Part shown: positions 48,564-55,026 of the stretch, piece after piece
Layout: each line of letters opens with the position of its first letter
Position numbering within the stretch: position 1 is the stretch's first letter
From: an uncultured Leptospirales bacterium
GTDB taxonomy: Bacteria > Spirochaetota > UBA4802 > UBA5550
NCBI GenBank assembly: GCA_964649175.1
Contig: CAZYPA010000002.1
Coordinates: 1-55,026 of the forward strand
Direction: 5' to 3'
Length of the DNA stretch: 55,026 nt
Notes under the pieces: generated by a model
The model's input: only the letters and a program-made list of their open reading frames with translations
Database searches by the model: none
Told to the model about the DNA's origin: nothing
Made by a program: the position numbers and the translations under genes

Positions 48564-51500
48564 ATGGTTGTCAATAGAAATAAAAGAAAAAAAAACACCC
48601 TCCTTATAGTAGGTATTCTTTTTATACTTACCCTTTTCCCTAATTTCAAACCCTTAAAAGCTGAGCCCTTTGTTATTTCTGAAAAAATGAACAAAGTAAA
48701 CATTGATAAAAACATGAGGTATTACGAGGATAAAGAAGGGAAACTAGGAATTGATGACATAGTGATTCTACCTGATAACAATTTTATTTCAAAAGAAGGA
48801 AAGAAATACAACCTGGGATACTCGGATTCTGTTTTCTGGTTCAGGATTGAAGTATTAAATCCGGATAAAATAGAAAAGGAATGGATAATTGAATCAAAAT
48901 ATCCTCTTATTGATTATATTACAGCATTTGTACCTGATAAAAATGGATTCAAGGAAATTGCATCTGGAGACAGACTCCCTTTTTGCACAATGCCTCTTGA
49001 ATATCATAATTTCATTGTTCCTTTAAAAACAACTGAAGGTAAGCATGTAATTTATTTTAAAGTTAAATCTCAGGGGTCACTTCTCGTAAGCCTTGCAGCA
49101 TGGGATATCTCTTCTTTTGTTCCTAATCTTTACAAAGAGCTTTCTTCACTCTGGTTATTTTTTGGAATAATGTTTGCGCTCTTTTTCTATAACCTTTTCA
49201 TTTTTATTTCTTCAAAAGATAAAACATATCTTGCCTTAGTTCTTTTTATAATAAGCATAACTCTATATATTTTTATTCATACTGGTTTGGCACGAAAATA
49301 CCTTTGGCCTGAAATGACATGGTGGGGGAACCATAGTCATCCATTTGTTCTTTTTTTATCCATTGCTGCAATTTTATATTTCACAATTCACTTTTTAAAT
49401 ACAAAAAAATATCTAAAAAAAACACATAGGCTTCTTCAGACAATTCTTTATACAAGCATACCTTTAGCTATGATTTCACTTGCACTGCCCTATCATATTG
49501 CAACCAGATTTTCTACTCTTGCAGCAATTATTGTTTCATTTGTTCTTATTTTTTTAACAATGATACCTATGTTTTTTAGGAATAGCAGAGTTGCTCTATT
49601 TTACACCTTGTCATGGCTACTCTTTCCTCTGGGCGTAGCTCTTATTGCTCTCAGAAGTTTTGGTATAATTGAAGATAATTTTTTATCCGGATGGGTATAT
49701 ATGCTGGGAGTATCAGCCGGAACTATTTTTCTCTCAATTGCTGTAGCTGACAAAATTAACATGCTCCAAAAAGAAAAAGAAGCTGTATTGTCATCCCTAA
49801 AAGAATCAGAAGAAAGATACAGACTTTTTTTTGAAACTGCCCATGATGGGATATTATTTCTTATTGACAATACCCTCATTTTTGCAAATGCCAACATGAT
49901 AAAAATGACAGGCTACAAAGAGGATCTGTTTTATTCAAAAAATTTATTAGACTTCTTTGATACTGATTCCATGTCTGATAAAGAAACCTGGAACTATATT
50001 TTCAATCTATCCAGAGGAGAAATATTAGAAAAACAATTTGAAATAAAAATGAAAAAATCAGATGGTGATAAATTTGATGTTCTTATATCTGCCTCATCTC
50101 TTTCAATTGGCAAAGGTAAAGGAATACTTCTCATTATTACTGACATTACATACCTTAAGGAAGCTTCAATAATTATAAAAGAACAGTATGACAAGATCCA
50201 GTCTCAATTTCAAAACCTTCAGACTTTAAACAACGAACTTTTGGCAGCACAAACAGATCTATTAAATGCCAATATAGCAACTGAAAAAGAAAAGGAATAT
50301 CTTAGAGCCACTCTCTCTTCAGTTGGGGATGGAGTAATAACCTATGATATGTCAGGTCGGGTATTTTTAATAAATTCTATTGCAGAAGAACTAACAGGAG
50401 TTTCCCAGGAAGAAGCCACAGGTAAAAAAATAAGAGATGTTGTGCGGCTTAATGATAAAACAACCAATAATATTTTCTTCAATGCTTTTGAAAAGCTGGA
50501 TGAAAAAAACGGGTTCAATAACATTGGCATACCCTTTACCATGATTGATATTCATGGAGCTGAAAGGATTATTGAATTAAACAGCTCCATTATTAAATTA
50601 AAAGGAAAACCCATTGGTATTATTATGATCCTAAGGGACATAACAGTAAAACATAAAATTGACAATGAAATTATCAAAATGAGCAAGCTGGAATCAATTG
50701 GTCTTTTAGCAGGAGGGATTGCCCATGACTTTAACAACCTTTTAACAGGAATATCAGGGAACATATCAATTGCAAAAAACACCTCCTCTCTCAATGATCG
50801 ATTAAAAGAGGTAATTGAAGATATTGAAAAAGCAACTGAAAGAGCAACAGCCCTGACCAGGCAGCTCCTTACATTTGCAATAGGAGGCGCTCCTCTTATT
50901 GCACCAAACTCTATTTCTGAGTTGCTCAAGGAGTCTGTTAAATTCCTGATAAAGGATCCAATTGTAAAATACAGTCTTATAATAGATGATAATATCAAAC
51001 CTGCACTCATTGATCCAAATCAGATAAATCAGGCTATAAACAATCTTCTTATCAATTCATTACAGGCAATGCCCAATGGCGGCAAAATTGTAATTGAAGC
51101 CAAAAATTCTGAAGCTGAAATGGAAGAGCTAAAGCCTGGAACAGACTATATATATATACGTATTTCAGACAATGGACCTGGAATTGAAGAAAAAAATATA
51201 AAAAAAATCTTTGACCCCTTTTACACAACTAAATCATCAGGAACCGGTCTTGGTTTATCCAGTACCTATTCCATTATAAAAAGACATAAAGGCTATATAA
51301 AAGTCATTTCTACCAGGGGAGAAGGAACATCATTTGAAATATATTTACCAGCTTCAAAGGAAATTACAGTAAAACCGCAGAAGAATAAAGCAGAACCAAT
51401 ATACAACAGCGAAGGTTCTATTCTGATTATGGATGATGAACAATATATTCTCCAGGTATTTGTAAAAATGCTTAAACACCTGGGTTTTAACGTGGACTGC

Positions 51501-51785
51501 GCAAAAAATGGCGAGGAAACAATCTGTCTTTACAAGGATAAATTAGAATCAGGATCAAAATACAGCTATGTTATTCTGGATTTGACTATTCCTGGAGGCA
51601 TGGGAGGAAAAAGTACAATAAAAGAATTACTCAAAATAGATCCTGAGATAAATGCCATTGTAAGCAGCGGATATTCAGAAAATCCGGTAATGGCTGATTA
51701 CAGGAAACACGGTTTTAAAGGTGTACTAAAAAAACCTTATACTCTGGATGATATTATTGATCTTTTCGAAAATCTCGAAAACTGA
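48564..51785 (+). CDS. Hybrid sensor histidine kinase (7TMR-DISM sensor + PAS + HisKA/HATPase + receiver)
   Basis: 1073 aa. Periplasmic DISMED2-like domain, 7 TM segments and PAS repeats. H-box GGIAHDFNNLL, N-box NLLINSLQAM, G1 DNGPGI, G2 GTGLGLS, and a receiver with ILDLTIPGG. Confidence 0.9.
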   Translation: MVVNRNKRKKNTLLIVGILFILTLFPNFKPLKAEPFVISEKMNKVNIDKNMRYYEDKEGKLGIDDIVILPDNNFISKEGKKYNLGYSDSVFWFRIEVLNPDKIEKEWIIESKYPLIDYITAFVPDKNGFKEIASGDRLPFCTMPLEYHNFIVPLKTTEGKHVIYFKVKSQGSLLVSLAAWDISSFVPNLYKELSSLWLFFGIMFALFFYNLFIFISSKDKTYLALVLFIISITLYIFIHTGLARKYLWPEMTWWGNHSHPFVLFLSIAAILYFTIHFLNTKKYLKKTHRLLQTILYTSIPLAMISLALPYHIATRFSTLAAIIVSFVLIFLTMIPMFFRNSRVALFYTLSWLLFPLGVALIALRSFGIIEDNFLSGWVYMLGVSAGTIFLSIAVADKINMLQKEKEAVLSSLKESEERYRLFFETAHDGILFLIDNTLIFANANMIKMTGYKEDLFYSKNLLDFFDTDSMSDKETWNYIFNLSRGEILEKQFEIKMKKSDGDKFDVLISASSLSIGKGKGILLIITDITYLKEASIIIKEQYDKIQSQFQNLQTLNNELLAAQTDLLNANIATEKEKEYLRATLSSVGDGVITYDMSGRVFLINSIAEELTGVSQEEATGKKIRDVVRLNDKTTNNIFFNAFEKLDEKNGFNNIGIPFTMIDIHGAERIIELNSSIIKLKGKPIGIIMILRDITVKHKIDNEIIKMSKLESIGLLAGGIAHDFNNLLTGISGNISIAKNTSSLNDRLKEVIEDIEKATERATALTRQLLTFAIGGAPLIAPNSISELLKESVKFLIKDPIVKYSLIIDDNIKPALIDPNQINQAINNLLINSLQAMPNGGKIVIEAKNSEAEMEELKPGTDYIYIRISDNGPGIEEKNIKKIFDPFYTTKSSGTGLGLSSTYSIIKRHKGYIKVISTRGEGTSFEIYLPASKEITVKPQKNKAEPIYNSEGSILIMDDEQYILQVFVKMLKHLGFNVDCAKNGEETICLYKDKLESGSKYSYVILDLTIPGGMGGKSTIKELLKIDPEINAIVSSGYSENPVMADYRKHGFKGVLKKPYTLDDIIDLFENLEN

Positions 51786-51956
51786 TAATCCTGAAATATA
51801 CAATTATTTTGAAGCACATATTTTATCCAATTTATCTTGACAATAATACTGTTTTTTAAATTTATCAAGAATAGAATATCGGGCAATTAAATCAATTTGA
51901 ACTATTACTTTTAAAATAAATACCATTTCAAGAAATTATTACAGAGGAGTAAAGCA

Positions 51957-53792
51957 ATGTCTTTAAATCTTAGGAGCAATGAAACAACAAGCGGAAGACG
52001 AATGGCAGGAGCAAGAAGTTTATGGCGTGCCAATGGACTTAAAGAGGATCAGATAGGCAAGCCTATAATAGCAATAGTAAATTCATTCACTGAACTTGTG
52101 CCTGGCCATGTTCATCTCAATGAAATGGGGAGATTCATCAAAGAACAGATTGAAGCAGAGGGCTGCTTTGCACCTGAATTTAATACAATTGCAATAGACG
52201 ATGGCATTGCAATGGGTCATGATGGCATGCTTTATTCCCTTCCTTCAAGAGAACTTATAGCAGACAGTGTTGAATATATGTGTAATGCCCATAAAGTTGA
52301 TGCAATGATATGTATTCCAAACTGCGACAAAATTGTTCCTGGAATGCTTATGGCAGCAATGAGGCTCAATATCCCTGCAATCTTTATTTCAGGCGGGCCT
52401 ATGGAAGCTGGAATTTACCAGAATAAAAAATATGACCTGATAGACACAATGGTAATGGGTGCTGACCCAACTGTTCCTGATGATTTAATTGCTGAAGTTG
52501 AAAAACATTCATGCCCCACATGCGGTTCATGTTCAGGTATGTTTACTGCAAACTCAATGAACTCGCTCACTGAAGCATTGGGACTTGCACTTCCTGGCAA
52601 TGGCTCTGTTGTAGCAACACACAAAACAAGAAAGGAAATGGCTATAAAAGCGTCAAAACGCATTATTGAGATGGCATACGAGTATTATGGAAAAGACAAT
52701 ACCTCAGTGCTTCCAAGATCTATTGCTACACGTACCACATTCCTCAATGCCATGTCCCTTGATATAGCAATGGGAGGTTCAACAAACACAGTGCTTCATC
52801 TTCTTGCAATTGCAGATGCCGCTAAAGTTGATTTTACAATGAAAGATATTGACGAGCTTTCAAGAAAGATACCCAATTTATGCAAAGTTTCCCCAAGCTC
52901 AAATTTCCACATGGAAGATGTAAACAGGGCTGGCGGAATAATGGCCATTCTTGGAGAGCTTGACAGGGGAGGATTAATAGACACCTCTGTTAAAAGGGTT
53001 GATTTCCCATCATTAAAAGACGCTCTCAATGCCTTTGATATAATGCGTCCCACAGCCACAGAATTTGCAAAAAAAACATACAGCAGCGCTCCTGGCAGAA
53101 AAGGACGTAACCTGAAATACTCCTCTCAGGATACATTTTATGAATCCCTTGATACTGACAGAAAAAACGGCTGCATAAAAGATATTGAAAACTGCTACAG
53201 CAAAGACGGCGGACTTGCTGTACTCTATGGAAATATTGCCATAGACGGATCAATAGTAAAAACAGCAGGAGTTGATCCATCAAACTACACATTCACAGGA
53301 ACTGCAAAAGTTTTTCATTCACAGGATAGTGCATGTGATTCCATTTTAGCAGGTGAAGTAAAAGCAGGAGATGTTGTTGTAATACTCTATGAAGGTCCAA
53401 AGGGAGGTCCTGGGATGCAGGAAATGCTCTACCCTACTTCCTACATAAAATCAATGAACCTTGGAACAAAGTGTGCTCTTATAACTGATGGGAGATTTTC
53501 AGGAGGCACTGCAGGATTATCCATAGGTCATATTTCTCCGGAAGCTGCAGCAGGGGGAAACATTGCTTTAATAAAAGATGGGGATATTATTGAAATAGAT
53601 ATTCCTCAAAGAAAACTGAAACTAGATGTTTCAGATGAAGAGCTTGATAAACGCAGAAAAGAGGAAGAAGCAAAAGGGAAAGATGCCTTTAAGCCTGTAG
53701 GGAGAGATCGTAAAATTTCCACTGCTCTTCAAATATATTCTTTTCTTGCTGAGTCTGCTGATAAGGGTGCTGTAAGAAGGTTGCCTGAATAA
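51957..53792 (+). CDS. ilvD: Dihydroxy-acid dehydratase
   Basis: 611 aa with family motifs [11 protein letters not shown] and TDGRFSGGT. Confidence 0.95.
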   Translation: MSLNLRSNETTSGRRMAGARSLWRANGLKEDQIGKPIIAIVNSFTELVPGHVHLNEMGRFIKEQIEAEGCFAPEFNTIAIDDGIAMGHDGMLYSLPSRELIADSVEYMCNAHKVDAMICIPNCDKIVPGMLMAAMRLNIPAIFISGGPMEAGIYQNKKYDLIDTMVMGADPTVPDDLIAEVEKHSCPTCGSCSGMFTANSMNSLTEALGLALPGNGSVVATHKTRKEMAIKASKRIIEMAYEYYGKDNTSVLPRSIATRTTFLNAMSLDIAMGGSTNTVLHLLAIADAAKVDFTMKDIDELSRKIPNLCKVSPSSNFHMEDVNRAGGIMAILGELDRGGLIDTSVKRVDFPSLKDALNAFDIMRPTATEFAKKTYSSAPGRKGRNLKYSSQDTFYESLDTDRKNGCIKDIENCYSKDGGLAVLYGNIAIDGSIVKTAGVDPSNYTFTGTAKVFHSQDSACDSILAGEVKAGDVVVILYEGPKGGPGMQEMLYPTSYIKSMNLGTKCALITDGRFSGGTAGLSIGHISPEAAAGGNIALIKDGDIIEIDIPQRKLKLDVSDEELDKRRKEEEAKGKDAFKPVGRDRKISTALQIYSFLAESADKGAVRRLPE

Positions 53793-53834
53793 AAGACCTC
53801 ACCCCGGCTTTACTTGAACCTTCCCCCTAAATCA

Positions 53835-53870
53835 GCAAAGGGCTTATCAGGCATCCTGCCTGCCCTTTGC
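53835..53870. other. Extended GC-rich hairpin in the ilvD / FGE-gene spacer
   Basis: GCAAAGGGC-TTATC-AGGCA-TCC-TGCCT-GCCCTTTGC, a 9-bp plus 5-bp stem, with no adjacent T-run on either strand. Confidence 0.45.
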
Positions 53871-53952
53871 ACTAGCTCATCCGTGAAGCCTCGCCCAAAT
53901 CGGGGGACTTTTGAAGTAGGGCGGATTTTCCACAACAATTATTCACTGTTCA

Positions 53953-54108
53953 TTATTCATCATTCTGGGCAATGCGCAAACCAGTCGCAAAATGTCTATT
54001 TACCAAAGAACCTGTATCTAACATAACCATCTTAGATACAAGCCTTATTCCCCAGGATACCTGTTCAAAATTTTCACCTCTTACAATTTTTGCAGCACCA
54101 TCAGGATG
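53953..54108 (-). pseudogene. In-frame continuation of the FGE-type domain beyond the TGA at 54109-54111
   Basis: 51 codons to TAA at 53953-53955: HPDGAAKIVRGENFEQVSWG...NRHFATGLRIAQNDE. VRGENF and GLRIA sit where FGE-family proteins carry RGGSW and GFR. Confidence 0.5.

Positions 54109-55026
<918 letters not shown>

Noticed and set aside
50552-51010. 152-aa minus-strand ORF inside the hybrid histidine kinase gene
   Set aside because: It overlaps the HisKA/HATPase coding region, whose motifs are unambiguous. It is a shadow ORF.
53793-53952. tRNA- or tmRNA-like gene, suggested by GGTTCAAGT on the minus strand (53812-53820) and high GC
   Set aside because: There are no flanking 5-bp T-stem complements, no acceptor stem and no cloverleaf. 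Only isolated hairpins are present.

Overview
AT-rich, tightly packed chromosomal segment from a diderm, flagellated bacterium. About 50 CDS are supported. I saw no rRNA, tRNA, CRISPR array, transposase or integrase. The core is a minus-strand flagellar operon, flgB-flgC-fliE-fliF-fliG-fliH-fliI-fliJ-flbB (30.3-38.3 kb). That order, together with HDOD, PilZ, GAF-PP2C and 7TMR-DISM signalling proteins, suggests a spirochaete-like lineage; this is inference only. Housekeeping genes include rsmE, mfd, a stand-alone EF-G gene, rimI, engB, pheS, pheT and ilvD. The envelope content is notable: three LolA-like paralogues, two of them translationally coupled to beta-barrel genes, a LolCDE-like ABC pair, comEC, and many TPR proteins and lipoproteins. 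The most unusual locus is at the right edge (53.8-55.0 kb). It is a more GC-rich lipoprotein gene with a formylglycine-generating-enzyme (FGE) type C-type-lectin domain. Its reading frame runs into an (AG)n/(TC)n dinucleotide tract at the window end. Its conserved domain is cut by an in-frame TGA and then continues for 51 codons. It is followed by a GC-rich structured spacer. This architecture fits a phase-variable or decaying surface protein and resembles known DGR targets, but no template repeat or reverse transcriptase is visible here. Other observations include an unlisted 48-codon ORF with a good Shine-Dalgarno site between flgC and fliE, a perfect palindrome between fliF and fliG, a structured Phe-codon-rich leader upstream of pheST, and Lys/Ser-rich tails on two unrelated proteins. 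All functional calls come from reading motifs in the translations. No database search was run.
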